Assembly: GCF_963921235.1 (NCBI RefSeq)
Contig: NC_086108.1
Coordinates: forward strand, 12,090,001-12,154,000
Length of the DNA stretch: 64,000 bases
Direction: 5' to 3'
From: Mobula hypostoma
Lineage: Eukaryota
Position numbers and translations under genes: made by a program. Below, one piece after another: positions 12,683-24,540 of this stretch (positions are counted from its first letter, which is position 1; each line of letters starts with the position of its first letter). The notes beneath the pieces are model-generated. The model did not search any database, was not told the origin of the DNA, and worked only from the letters and a program-made list of their open reading frames with translations.

Positions 12683-13750
12683 TCAAGTTAAATGTCAAAT
12701 GTCAAAGTAAAATTTATTATCAGAATACATCCATGTCACCACATACAACTCTGAGGTTCTTGATCCTGCAGGCATATTTACCAAACCTATAGAACAGTAA
12801 CTGTAAACATGATCAATGAACAGCAAATTGTGCAAGTGCAAATATAAATAAATAGCAATATATAATAACAGCATGAAATAACAAGATAAAGAGTCATTAA
12901 GGTGAGACAATTGGTTGTGGGAACAGGAGAAATAGAATGAGTGTAGTTATCTTCTTTTGTTCAAGCGTCTGATGGTTGAGGGGTAGTAACTGTTCTTGAA
13001 CCTGATAGCGTGAGTCCTGAGGCTCTTGCACCTTCTACCTGATGGCATCAGTGAGAAAAGAGAATGGCCTGGGTGGAGAGGAGCTTTGATGCTGCTTTTC
13101 TATGGCAACGTTTCATGTAGATTTGCTCAATGGTTGGTAGGGCTTTACCCATGATATACTGGATGAAATCAACTGGCTTTTGCAGGATTTTCCACTCAAA
13201 GGAATTAGTGTTCGCATACCAGGTCATAATGCAGCCAGTCAGTACATTTTCCAGCGCACATCTATTGATGTTTGTCAAGATTTTTGATGACACACCAGAT
13301 CTCTGCAGACTCCTGAGGAAGTAGAGATGCTGTAGTGCTTTCTTTGCAACTATATTTATATGTTGTGTCCAGGACAGGTCTTCTAAGATTGTGACAGAGA
13401 AGAATTTAAAGTTACTGACCCTCTTCACTTCTGATCCTTCGATGAGGACTGGCTCAGGGACCTCTGGTTTCATTTTCCTGGAGTCAATAATCACCTCCTT
13501 GGTCTTGCTGACATTGAGTGAGAGGCTGTTGTTGTGACACCACTCAGCCAAATTTTCAATCTCCCTCATGTATGCTGATTCATCACTATCTTTGATACAG
13601 CCCACAACAGTGGTGTCATCAGCAAACTTGTATATAGCATTGGAGCTGTACTTAGCCACACAGTCATAGGTGTTAAGTGACGCAGAACATTGGGGGTTAA
13701 CCACACATCCCTGTGGTGCTTTTCTGCTGATGGAGATTGTGGAGGAGATT
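12683..13750 (-). mobile_element. Rex1-type LINE 3' half (second tail type, ...AATAAATTTTACTTTGA)
   Basis: ORF 13048..13833 contains APQGCV, KFADDTTVVG and LNVSKTKE. Confidence 0.88.
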
Positions 13751-14074
13751 TTACTCTTTTGCAAGTGAAGCTCTTCGAAGGTATTCCTCACCATGATATT
13801 AAGACAAAGTACAAACGTAAGATATTTTATCATATTCTTTACAGATGTAAAGCCGACTATAGGAATAATTATTCCAAGGAGGTCCTGAAATATCCTGTAG
13901 TAATTTTTTAGTAGTCAAATTGCTGTGAAAATCTCTGCAATATGAGCTTTCCTGGTATTAATCTCTAGAATCTTGATTCTAAGGTTCCTGCTCCTGGTCC
14001 ACAGCCATGTATTACTGCTGAGAAACATTTCGTACAACAGTTTGTGATCAGCTTCATGAGAGAGGATTACACAA

Positions 14075-14930
14075 GATCAGAAAAAGCTGCTGAGAATTGC
14101 AAGCTCTGTTAGCTCCATCATGGGCACCACCCTGCCAGCATCCAGGACATCTTCCAAAGGCAATACCTCACAATACCTCAAAAAGGCAGCATCCATCATT
14201 AAGGACCCACCCCACCCCCTCCCCATCACCCATGAAATGCCTTCTCATAGCTACCATCAAGGAGGAGGCACAGAAGCCTGAAGACACACACTCAATGATT
14301 CAGGAACAGTTTCTTCCCCCCGACATCAGATTTCTGAACGGACAATGAATCCATCCGGTGACCGCAACTTTGTCGTGGTTCGGAGGCTTGTGTGTCTCAT
14401 TGACCCAGAGAGCTATGCTGGCTTTATGCTTTGGCTCGTGGTTGGATCACCAATGCCAAACAGGTCGAAGGGTAGAGGACCACAGGTTTGGGGGTTCAGC
14501 TCAGGCTGGTAAAACAAGCTGTTGTGGAAACAACAATGAAGAATCCTTCCACATCTGAGTGCAATGGCTTTCCTGAGTCTCCACCTGGAACTTGCATGAG
14601 TGACAGTAGGAAAAATCGAGAGGAAGCTACTGACATGATGAAGGAAGCCCTGAACATCACCGGAGATGGAGGATCTTCATTACTGCCCTAAACACCAGCA
14701 GCGTAACAGGCAGTAAGTAAAGAATCCATGAACACTTCCTCCGTACCTTTTCCTCCCCTTTTGCACTAGTTATTTCATTTAATTTACTTTTTTAATATAT
14801 GCCTAATATTGCAATTTAATATTGCAATTTATTGTTTTATTATTATGCATTACAGTGTGCTGCTGCCACATAACAACAAATTTCATGACATGACATTTGC
14901 CAGTGATATTAAACCTGATTGTGGTTCTGA
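14075..14930 (+). mobile_element. Rex1-type 3' fragment split by the insertion at 14355-14721
   Basis: Matches the 3' ends of the other Rex1 copies (GGAACAGTTTCTTCCCC; AAACCTGATT). Confidence 0.75.
14355..14721 (+). mobile_element. Short non-autonomous RTE-derived (bipartite) element, family A
   Basis: RTE-like 5' end (TTGTCGTGGTTCGGAGGCTTG...GACCCAGAGAGCTATG), (GTAA)n tail, and an 8-bp TSD GAATCCAT (14347-14354 / 14722-14729). Other copies at 33960-35720 and 36080-36279. Confidence 0.75.
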
Positions 14931-14984
14931 AAGGGAACTAACTGAGCTTTATTTTGAAGTAAACAAGAGATAAGATTTAAATAA

Positions 14985-15212
14985 AATGCCGTTGCCCTCT
15001 CTCAATTCCTCCGTCTCTGCTGCATCTGCTCTCAGGATGAGGCTTTTCATCCTAGAACGAAGGAGATGTCTTTCTTTTTAAAAGAAAGGGGCTTCCCTTC
15101 CTTCACCATCAACTCTGCCCTCAACTCCAACTTGTCCATTTCACGCACGTCTGCTCTTACCCCATCCTCCCACCACCCTATCGGGGATAGTGTCCACACC
15201 TACCACCCCACC
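14985..15212 (+). mobile_element. Penelope-like element fragment (RT thumb region)
   Basis: Homologous to ~20440-20680 (GGATGAGGCTTTTCAT...AAAGGGGCTTCC). Confidence 0.8.
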
Positions 15213-15214
15213 TT

Positions 15215-15515
15215 GATGTGATCAGAACCTCAGCAGTGGAGCTAGCAGAAGATGATAATGCACCACAAAGGGAGTGAAGGTGGAGGAAGCTGCTGCGATG
15301 AAGGGTCCCCAGTCGTTTTGTCCTCCATGCCACTGGACCCCAACTCCGACCTGTCAAGGACTGAGCGGTGGCTGCCCGTGAATCCGCCTTCCCATGTCAG
15401 ACAAAGTCACACCCAGTGTTCTCCATTAAGGAAATTCATTCAAACATCCTGGATATGTGGATCCTGGATCAGGCTCCACAGCCACCTGAGGACCCACCAA
15501 TAGACAACATCATAC
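15215..15515 (+). mobile_element. Unclassified short retroelement fragment related to 58907-59195
   Basis: Shares CCACTGGACCC...GTCAAG and a CA-rich tail with the element at 57826-59195. Confidence 0.4.
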
Positions 15516-15974
15516 TCAACTCAAGTGATCATGCTGCCTCTACACCCAAAAAGCGGTCACAGTTGATTTCCATGTTAACTGATCAAGACATTCCAAAAAT
15601 ATCACAACATTGATTATAGGTTTTACCATTCTCTCAACAAAGGATATTAGTCTTAGAAGTATTGTTCCCTTCTTTTCATCTCCCTCCTTACTTCCTACAT
15701 GGGTCCGTGCTACCCTCTAATCTGCAGAAGGCATTCCAAGTCTGTGAATTATTGAGTGATTACACCAGGGCATCATTATCTCCAGAGGCACTACTTTCAA
15801 AACTGAGCTTTAGTTGATCAGACTGCTGAGATTTATTACTTTCAGGCTCATTTACCTCTTGTATTGTCTTTCTTCACTAACACTAATTTCTTTTACATCC
15901 TCATTTGCACTAAACCCTCAGCTCTCCTGTATTTCAGGAAAGTTTATTTTAATTATTTCTTTTGAATATTTTTA

Positions 15975-16363
15975 ACATCTTCAAGGAGCAATGCCTCAAA
16001 AAGGTGGCATCCATCATTAAGGACCCCTAATATCCAGGTTATGCCCTCTTCTCATTCCTACCATCAGGAAGGAGGTACAGGAGCCTAAAGGCACCCACTC
16101 AATGATTCAGGAACAGCTTCTTCCCCTCTGCCATCAGATTTCTGAATGGACATTAAACTCATGAACACTACCTCACCACTTTTTATTTTTTTTAAATTTT
16201 TGCACTACATATTTAATTTAACTATTGTATATATAATACAGTATATACTTACTGTAATTCAGATTTTTTCTATTATATATAGTATTATTCTGCTGATGCT
16301 GCAAAGACAACACATTTCATGACATACAGTATGCCAGTGATATTAAACCTGATTCTGATTCTG
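15975..16363 (+). mobile_element. Rex1-type LINE 3' fragment
   Basis: Same 3' coding end and UTR as the other copies; tail CCTGATTCTGATTCTG. Confidence 0.85.
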
Positions 16364-16724
16364 CAAGGATAGACAAAACTTTGACTTATTCCTCCACTGT
16401 TGCCCATTCCTGGTTATAAATTCTCCCTTCTGTCAGTGAGGGGCATAGATCTGAATGCTCCAGTCTTTCTTTTTTCATTTACCCACATAAGGTCTGACAG
16501 TGTTTGCTCTCATATTCTATTTTATATTTCTTGACCGGTTCTCAAACTCTGTTAAATTCTAAAATATCACTGATCGTTGGGTTATCTTTTCCCTCTTGCA
16601 ACATTGTTATGACTTTCCATTTATTGAAATCTCTTGTGATCCATATTTCGCCGAATTCTCTGGTTGTCTTGTCCATGGAAGGGATGTATGCTTTGTTATA
16701 AATTAGATATTTTAAATGATCGCC

Positions 16725-16789
16725 TTTATTTATGCCTTGGGCCATACCATGAAGAAAGCAGTCCATGGAAACTAGATTGGGAGCTTCTG
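16725..16789 (+). mobile_element. Degenerate copy of the ~80-bp hAT-like MITE
   Basis: Aligns by eye to 62441-62520 and is followed by CTCTAAAG, which resembles the Charlie target consensus NTCTAGAN. Confidence 0.5.
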
Positions 16790-16886
16790 CTCTAAAGTCA
16801 TCCTGGTACCTCACTGTGACCTTGCTCTTTCTCATCTACGTGCACTGTGCTACTTCAGTAGCTTTTACATTTTATTCTGCATTGAG

Positions 16887-17372
16887 CTGAATTGGAGAGG
16901 GTTCAAAGGAGGTTCACGAAAATGACTCTGGGATTGAAAGGCTTATCATACGAAGAGCATTTGATGGCTCTGAGCCTGTACTCACTGGAATTCAGAAGAA
17001 TGAGAGGTGATCTCACAGAAACCTATCGAATGTTGAAAGGCCACGATAGAGTGAATGTGGAGAGGACAATAGGGGAGTCTACGACCAGAGGACACAGACT
17101 CAGAATAGAGCACCACCTTTTTAGACTGGAGATGAGGAGAAATTTCTTCAGCTAGAGGGTGGTGAATCGGTGGAATTCATTGCTATGGGTGGATTTGGAG
17201 GCAAAATCATTGGGTGTGTTTAAGGCAGAGGTTGATAGATTCTTGATTAATCAGGCCATGAAGGGATATGAGGAGACTGGGGCTGAGAGGGAAAATGGAT
17301 CAGTCATGATGAAATGGCAGAACTGACTTGATGGGCCAAATGTCCTAATTCTGCTCCAATATCTTATGGTTT
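16887..17372 (+). mobile_element. CR1 LINE 3' fragment
   Basis: ERVQRRFTKM...[13 protein letters not shown]; tail TCTTATGG. Confidence 0.9.
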
Positions 17373-17444
17373 ATAGTTATTATTTTACCTTATTCTAGCT
17401 CAATTCACTGTGCAATGATTTGGTCTGCATACTTGGTACATGAA

Positions 17445-18205
17445 AAAAGTGGAGGGCTATGCGGGAGGGTTTGGTTGGATTGATCATAGAGCAGGTTAAA
17501 AGGATGACTCAACATGATGGGCCGAAGGGCCTGAGTAGTACTATACTGTTCTATATGCATGTGACAGTAATAACCCAAAACCAGAAACAAAATCAACAGC
17601 ATTAACACAGTTAGAGTCATAGCCATGGAAAAGTACAGCACAGAAACAGGCCCTTCAGTCTATTTAGTCCATGATGAACCATTTTAACTGCCTACTCCCA
17701 TTGACCTGCCCTGGGACTATACCAGCCATAACCCTCTCATCCATGTACATATCCAAACTTCTCTTATCTGCCCTTATCTATCCCTCATAATGTTTTATAC
17801 CTCAATCAAATCTCCTTCCAAACTTCTACGGTGCAAGGTATAAAGTCTATAAAGTCCTAACCCATTCCAATTTTCCTTATAACTCAGGTCTGCCAGACCA
17901 GGCACATCCTCATAATTTTACCTTGTAGTCTTTCAGTCTTCAAATTTTCCATCTTTTAATCAGCTCCTTTAACCCTCTGATTATTTACAATGAAAATTCC
18001 ATGTGAACATCATATTAGATCATAAGACACAACAGAAGAATTGGGCCATTAGGCCTATCGAGTCTGCTCCACCATTCCATCATGCCTTCTCCCCATAACC
18101 TTTGATGCCATGACTAATCAAGAACCTATCAAAATCTCTGCTTTAAATGTAATAAGTGAATTGTCTCCACAGCTGTCTGTAGCAATGAATTCCACAGATT
18201 CACTA
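17445..18205. mobile_element. Cluster of short CR1 3'-end fragments (+ 17445-17555; - 17610-17945; - 18020-18205)
   Basis: CR1 3' UTR motifs (GGGCCGAAGGGCCTG; GAATTCCACAGATTCAC). Confidence 0.7.
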
Positions 18206-18999
18206 ACATAAGACCATAAGTAATAGGAACTGATTAAGCCATTTGGCCCATTGGGCCTGCTCTGCCATTTCATCATGGCTGAACCAATTTTCCTCTCACC
18301 TTAATCTCCTTCCTTCTCTCCGTAACCCTTCACGCTCTGATCAATCAAGAATCTATCAACCTCTGCCTTGAATATACATAAAGACGTGGCCTCCGCAGCT
18401 GCCTGTGTTAAAGAATTCCACAGATTGACAACTCTCTGGCTAAAGAAATTCCTCCTCATCTCCATTCTAAAAGGACGCCTCTCTATTCCGTGGCTGTGTC
18501 CTCTGGTCTTAAACTCCCCCACCATAGGAATCATCCTCTCCACATCCATTCTATCAAGGCCTTTTGCCCTTTGATAGGTTTTAATGAGGTCACCCCTCAT
18601 CCTTCTGAATACCAGTGAATACAGGCTCAGAGCCATCAAACACTGTTCATATGACAAGCCATTAATCCTGGAATCATTTCTGTGAACCTTTGAACTCTCT
18701 CTTGTTTCAAAACATCCTTTCTAAGATAAGGGGCCCAAAGCTGCTCACAATACGCCAAGTGAGGCCTCACCAGTGCTTTATAAAGTTTCAACATTACATT
18801 CTTATTTTTATATTCTAGTTCTTTTGAAATGAATGTTAACGTTGCATCTGCCTTCCTCAACACAGACTCAACCTGCAAATTAGCCTTAAGGGAATTCTGC
18901 ATAAAGATTTCCAAGTCATTTTTGCGCCTTCGTCCCTCCTTTATAAAATAGTTAACCCTTTTATTTCTTCTATCAAAGTACATGACCATATAATTCCCA

Positions 19000-19288
19000 G
19001 TGTTGGCGTGTGGCCAAGTAGTGAAAGTGTCAGTCTAGTGATCTGAAGGTCACTGGTTCGAGCCTCAGCTTGAGCAAGGCACTTAACCACACTTTGCTCT
19101 GCGACAACACTGGTGCCAAGCTGTATCGGCCCTAGTGCCCTTCCCTTGGTCAATAGCGGTGGCGTGGAGAGGGGAGACTTGCAGCATGGGCAACTGCCGG
19201 TCTTCCATACAACCTTGCCCAGGCCTGCACCCTGGAAACTTTCCAAGGCACAAATCCATGGTCTCACGGGACTAACGGATGCCTATAT
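19000..19288 (+). mobile_element. tRNA-derived SINE
   Basis: A box TGGCCAAGTAG and B box GGTTCGAGCC. Imperfect 12-bp TSD ATATAATTCCCA / ATATAGTTCTCA. Two more copies in the window. Confidence 0.88.
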
Positions 19289-19688
19289 ATATAGTTCTCA
19301 ACACTGTATTCCATCGGCCATTTCTTTGCCTATTCTCCTAACCTGTCCAAGTTCTACTGTACATTCCCTGCTTCCTTAACACTACCTACTCCTTCACCCA
19401 TCTTCGTATGGTTACAAATCCATCAATTATGGCATTCAAATCATTGACATATACCATGAAAAGAGCGGTCACAACATCTACCTCTGTGGAATATCACTAA
19501 CTACCAGCAGCCAACCATAAAAGGCCCCTTTATTCCCACTCTTTTTCTCCTGCTAGTCTGCCCATCTTCTGTCTTTCCTGGAATACCATGGGCCCTTTTC
19601 TTGTTTAGCAGCTTCATGTGCAGCACCTTGTCAATGGCAATCTTAGAATCTAACAAAACAATATTCACTGACTCTCCTTTGTCAATTC

Positions 19689-21360
19689 ACTGCCACCAAC
19701 CTCATAGCTTCCACACCCCGCACATCCCGTTTCTACCTCTTACCCAAGATCCACCAACCACCTATCTGGGTAGACCCATTGTTTCTGCTTGCTCCTGCCC
19801 CACTGAATCCTATCTGCATAACTCAACTCAGTTTTATCCTCCCGGTTCAGTCCCTTCCTACCTACATCCATGGCACTTCACATGATCTTTTCAATGATTT
19901 CAAGTACCCTGGATGGAACATCTTAATTTCACCATGGATTCCCAGTCCCTATACACAGGAAGGCGCAAAGCTCTCCGTTTCTTTCTGGACACCTGACCCA
20001 ACCAGTTCTCCTCCACCACCACTCTCCTCCGTCTGGTGGAACACCCTCACTCTCAATAATTTCTCCTTTGCTCCTCCCATTTCCTTCAATTAAAAGGTGT
20101 AGCCATGGTTACTTCCAGCAATGTCTGCCTTTTAGTTTGCTACATGCAACAGTCTATGTTCCAAGCCTACACTGGTGACCATCCCGTACTTTCCCTTCGC
20201 CACATCGACAACGGCATTTGTGCTGCCTCCTGCACCCATGGGGAGCTCGTCAACCTCATCAACTTTGCTCCAACTTCCACCCTGCCCTCAGATTTATCTG
20301 GTCCATTTCCAACTCCTCCCTCCCTTTCTCAGTCTCTCTATCTCTGTCTCTGGAGATAGCTTATCTACTGAAGACCATTATAAATGCACTGACTCTCACA
20401 GTTACCTGGACTATACCTCTTCCCATGCTGTTAATTGTAAAAATGCCATGCCCGTCTCTCAATGACTCTGTCTCCATCGCAGCTGTTCTTAGGATGAGGC
20501 TTTTCATTCCACAACTAAGGAGGTGTCCTCCTTCTTCAAAAAAAGGGGCTTCCATTCCTCTACCATCAACGTTGACCTCAACCGCATCTCTTCCATTTCA
20601 TGCACGTCTGCGCTCACCCCATCCTCCCACCACCCCACCTGGGTTAGGATTCCTCTTTTCTTCAACTTCCACCCCACCAGCCTCCATGCCCAGTGATAAT
20701 TCTCAGTAACTTCTGCCACCTACAACAGGATCCCACCACAAAGCGTATCTTCCCTCCCCCCACTTTCTACTTTCCACAGGGATTGCTCCCTATGCAACTC
20801 CCTTGACCATTCATTCCTCCCACTGATCTCCCTTCTGGCACTTATTCTTGCAAGCGGAGCAAGTCCTGCACCCACCCCTACACCTCCTCCCTCACTACCA
20901 TTCAACCTCCAACCTAATGGCATGAACATAAGTTTCTTAAACTTCTTGTAATGCCCCCCACCCCCACCACCATTCCCCATTCCCATTTTGCTTTCTCACC
21001 CTATCTCCTTACCTGGTCATCACTTCCCTCCGGTGCTCTTCCTTCTTCTCTTTCTTCCATGGCCTTCTGTCCTCTCCTATCAGATCACCTTTCTCCAGAC
21101 CTGTATCTCTTTCACCAGTCAACTTCACAGCTCTTTACTTCCCCCCTTCCAGTTTCACCCATCACCTTGTGTTTCATCTTTTCCTTCCACCTCCCCACCT
21201 TCTAACTCTGACTCTTCATCTTTTTTTCTCCAGTCCTGATGAAAGGTCTCAGCCCGAAACATTGACTTTACTCTTTTCCATAGATTCTGCCTGGCTTGAG
21301 GTATTCGTCCAGTATTGTGTGTGTGTTGTTCAGATTTCCAGCATCTGCAAATTTTGTCTT
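19689..21360 (+). mobile_element. Penelope-like element (decayed RT, partial GIY-YIG region, terminal repeat with hammerhead motif)
   Basis: RFYLLPKIH, GRPIVSACSCPTE, LTLNNFSF, RHIDN (degenerate RYIDD) and SHSYLDYTSSH. Imperfect 12-bp TSD CTTTGTCAATTC / CTATGTCTATTC. Confidence 0.9.
21232..21267 (+). ncRNA. Minimal type I hammerhead ribozyme motif, CpG-decayed
   Basis: AGTC-CTGATGA-AAGG-TCTCAG-CCC-GAAA-CA-TT-GACT. Helix I AGTC/GACT is intact; the ACGT palindrome has changed to ACAT. Confidence 0.65.
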
Positions 21361-21395
21361 CTATGTCTATTCTGACTGTCACTTGCTCAAAGAAT

Positions 21396-21790
21396 TTGTT
21401 GTGAAATTTGTTGTCTTTGCAGGAGCCATACAAATAAGAACATAGAAAAAATCTGAATGATAGTAAATATACATGTAATATATATTAAATAGTTACAATA
21501 AATAAGTAGTCCAAAAATAGAAATAAAATGGTAATGAGGTGGTGTTCATGGGTTCAATGTCCATTCAGAAATTGGATGGCAGAGGGGAAGAAACTGTTCC
21601 TGAATCACTGAGTGTGTGCCTGCAGGCTTCTGTACCTCCTTCCTGATGGTAACAGTGAGAACATGGCATGTCCTTGAGTGATAATGACCCTTACTGGTGG
21701 ACTCCACCTTTTTGAGGTATTGGATACTATGGAGACGACTGCTCCCGATGGAGCTGACTAAGTTTACAACTCTGTGTAGCTTACTTTCAG
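21396..21790 (-). mobile_element. Rex1-type LINE 3' fragment
   Basis: Reverse complement of the Rex1 3' end (GGCAGAGGGGAAGAAACTGTTCCTGAAT). Confidence 0.8.
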
Positions 21791-22163
21791 CACCACCCCC
21801 CACACCCCCCCCCCCGATAGTGATCTCATCGCAAAGATCTGTGCTGCTACTGAGAAAGCCGACAGTTCCAGTGGGAAGCTATCCAAACAATTTCCTTCAA
21901 CAATTCATTTATAATTGATTGTGAATCACAATTAATGATTCATTCATTTTGATATTTCAACATTAAATTGACCTGGTTCAGTTTGATTCACTTGTATTCC
22001 ATGGTTGAAGCAAATTAGTTTTGTTTTAAATAGAATGAATGACAATAATTTTAACCTTACTTTCAATTCAGTGTTATTTCATGTGAGTAATTCACTTCTG
22101 GCTTACGTTACTTCATGAGAAGGCATAGCAGAAAGAGCAGATTAAACCCTTGAAACATGCCAT

Positions 22164-22397
22164 TCAAAGTTCAAAGTAAATTTTATTATCAGAGTACATA
22201 TATGTCACCATATACAACCCTGAGATTCATTTTCCTGTGGGCATACTCAGCAAATCTATAGAACAGTAACTGTAACAGCATCAATGAAAGATCAACCAGA
22301 GTGCAGAAGACAACAAACTGTGCAAATTCAAATATAAATAAATAGCGATAAATAACGAGAGCATGAGATAATGAGATTAAACAGTTCCTAACGTGAC
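22164..22397 (-). mobile_element. Rex1-type 3' UTR/tail fragment
   Basis: Homologous to 12695-12900; tail (TTTGAAC)n. Confidence 0.8.
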
Positions 22398-23510
22398 ACA
22401 AACATGAGGAAGTTTACAGATACTGGAAATCCAAAGCCACACAGACAAAATGCTGGAGACACTCAGCAGGTTAGGCAGCATCTATGGAAAACAGGTTGGG
22501 GAAACAGGTGGGATGCAGAAGGACTTAAATAGATTAGGAGAATGGTCAAGAAAGTAGCAAATGATATACAATGCTGGAAAGTGCATGGTCATCCACTTTG
22601 GTAGTAGTAATAAATGTGTGGACTATTTTCTAAACCGGGAGAAAATCCAGGAATATGAGATGCAGAGGGACTAGGGAGTCCTTGTGCAGAACACCCTGAA
22701 GGTTAACTTACAGGTTAAGTTGCTGGTGAGGAAGGTAAATGCCATGTTAGCATTCATTTCAAGAGGTCTAGAATACAAGAGCAAGAAAGTGATGTTGTGG
22801 CTTTATAAGGCACTGGTGAGGCCTCATCTTGAGTATTGTGAACAGTTTTGGACCCCTCATCTTAGAAAAGATGTGCTGGCATTGGAGACGGTCCAGAGGA
22901 GGTTCTCAAGGATGATTCCAGGAATGAGAAGGTTTTCATACAAGCAACGTTGATGGCTCTGGGTCTGTACTCGCTGGAATTCAGAAGGATGAGGGAGGAT
23001 CTCATTGAAACATTTTGAATGTTGAAAGGCCTAGACAGAGTAGGTGTGGAAATGATGTTTCCCATGGTGGGAGAGTCTAGGACAAGACAGCACAGTCTCA
23101 GGATAGAGGGGTGCCCTTTCAAAACAGAGATGCGGAGAAATTTCTTTTGCCAAAGGCTGGTGAATTTGTGGAATTTGTTGCCACATGCAGCTGTGGAGGC
23201 CCGGTCGTTGGGTGTATTTAAGGCAGAGATTGATAGGTTCTTGATTGGACATGGCATCAAAGGTTATGGGGAGAAGAGTGGGAAATGGGGTTGAGGAGGA
23301 GGTAAAATAAAAGATCAGTCATGATTGAATGGCGGATGGCCTAATTCTGCTCCTATGTCTTATGGTCTTATGGTTTTATGGAAAAGAGTAGAAACAGGAG
23401 AAAATCTACAGATACTTGATGAAGAGTCTCTGCCCGTAGTGTCAACTGTTTACTCTTTTCCATAGAAGCTGTCTGACCTGCTGAGTTCCTCCAGCATTTT
23501 GTGTGAGTCC
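22398..23510. mobile_element. Mini-PLE made of two inverted terminal repeats (22398-22491 and 23386-23510), split by a CR1
   Basis: After removing the CR1, ACAAAATGCTGGAG...CTATGGAAAAGAGTA is the inverse of TACTCTTTTCCATAG...CCAGCATTTTGT. A dead hammerhead motif lies at 23416-23448. Confidence 0.75.
22492..23376 (+). mobile_element. CR1 LINE 3' fragment
   Basis: ORFs 22684..22953 and 23019..23294, (TCTTATGG)n tail, and a 9-bp TSD TATGGAAAA (22483-22491 / 23377-23385). Confidence 0.93.
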
Positions 23511-23514
23511 TTAA

Positions 23515-24540
23515 AGTGAGGTAGTTGGCTGTGGGAACATCTCAGTGATGGGGCAACTATCAGAGCCTGATGGTTGAGGGGTAATAACTGATCTCTTGTC
23601 TGGTGGATGAGCTCTGAGGCTTCTGCTCCTTCTTCCTTTTGGCTACAGCGAGAAGAGTGCATGGCCTGGGTAGTCGGGATCTCTGATGATGGATGGTGGG
23701 AATCTTCTCTGACAGTGTTTCACGCAGGTGTGTTCAATGATTGGGAGAGCTTTACCCCCGATGTCCTGGGCTGAATCCACCACTTTTTGTAGGATTTTCA
23801 ATACATAAGCATTGGTGAGATCTTAAATGAATGCTTTGTATCAGTGTTGCACAGGGACGTTGAAGGCGGTGGGTTCAGGGTGGGGTCGGTGGAATTCTGG
23901 CCCACATTATGACTGAAAAACAAGAGGTCTTAGATCTGGATGAATGCCCAGGGCCTGTTTCAAGGTGTCCCAAGCAGTTACAGGAGGCTAGAAAGTAGAT
24001 TGCTGAGGCTTGGACTGACATGCCCCATTCTTAACTTGATGGAAGCATGCAGAAGGGGATAATTTTAAGTTCAAAGTACATTTATTATCAGAGTATGCAT
24101 AAATTATACAACCTTGAGATTTGTCTCCTTACAGGAAGCCACAAAACAGGAAACCCAGTAGAACCCATTAAAAAAAAGACTGACTAATACCCAGTGCGCA
24201 AAGAGAGAAAAAAAAAATCACAGATTGTGCAAACAATAAAAGCAAGCACCAGCATTCAGAACAAAGGTAAGTCCTTAGGCACGAAGCCTGGGCCAGCCGG
24301 AGCTGGCCCACAGCCACTGCCTCAGTTCATCACACAGCAGTGCAAAACAGTGCGGAGCTGGCAGGTGATTGATGTAAAGAATAGTGGAGATATCAGCACT
24401 AAATTCTTTACCCAGAGAATGGGGTGCCAGGGGTGGTGGTAGAGGCAGATACATTAGGGACATTTAAGAAACTCTTAGATAGGCACATGGATGATAGAAA
24501 ATTGAGGGCTAACTCAGGGGGAAGGGTTAGGGTTTGATTA
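23515..24540. mobile_element. Mosaic of decayed fragments: Rex1 (-, ~23515-23815), CR1 (+, ~23815-24045 and 24360-24540), Rex-tailed non-autonomous element (-, ~24067-24360)
   Basis: Local similarity to the better preserved copies elsewhere in the window. Confidence 0.6.

Larger units (their letters stand above)
18208..21395 (-). mobile_element. CR1 LINE 3' half hosting a SINE (19000-19288) and a PLE (19689-21360)
   Basis: ORFs 18301..18657 and 18636..18989 (LYKALVRPHL). CR1 sequence resumes after each insert. Confidence 0.88.

Noticed and set aside
16490..16715. Possible L1/Tx1 3' fragment on the minus strand
   Set aside because: Resemblance is too weak and there is no diagnostic motif.
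19000..19075. tRNA gene
   Set aside because: It has A/B boxes but continues into a SINE body with a TSD, and no convincing cloverleaf forms.
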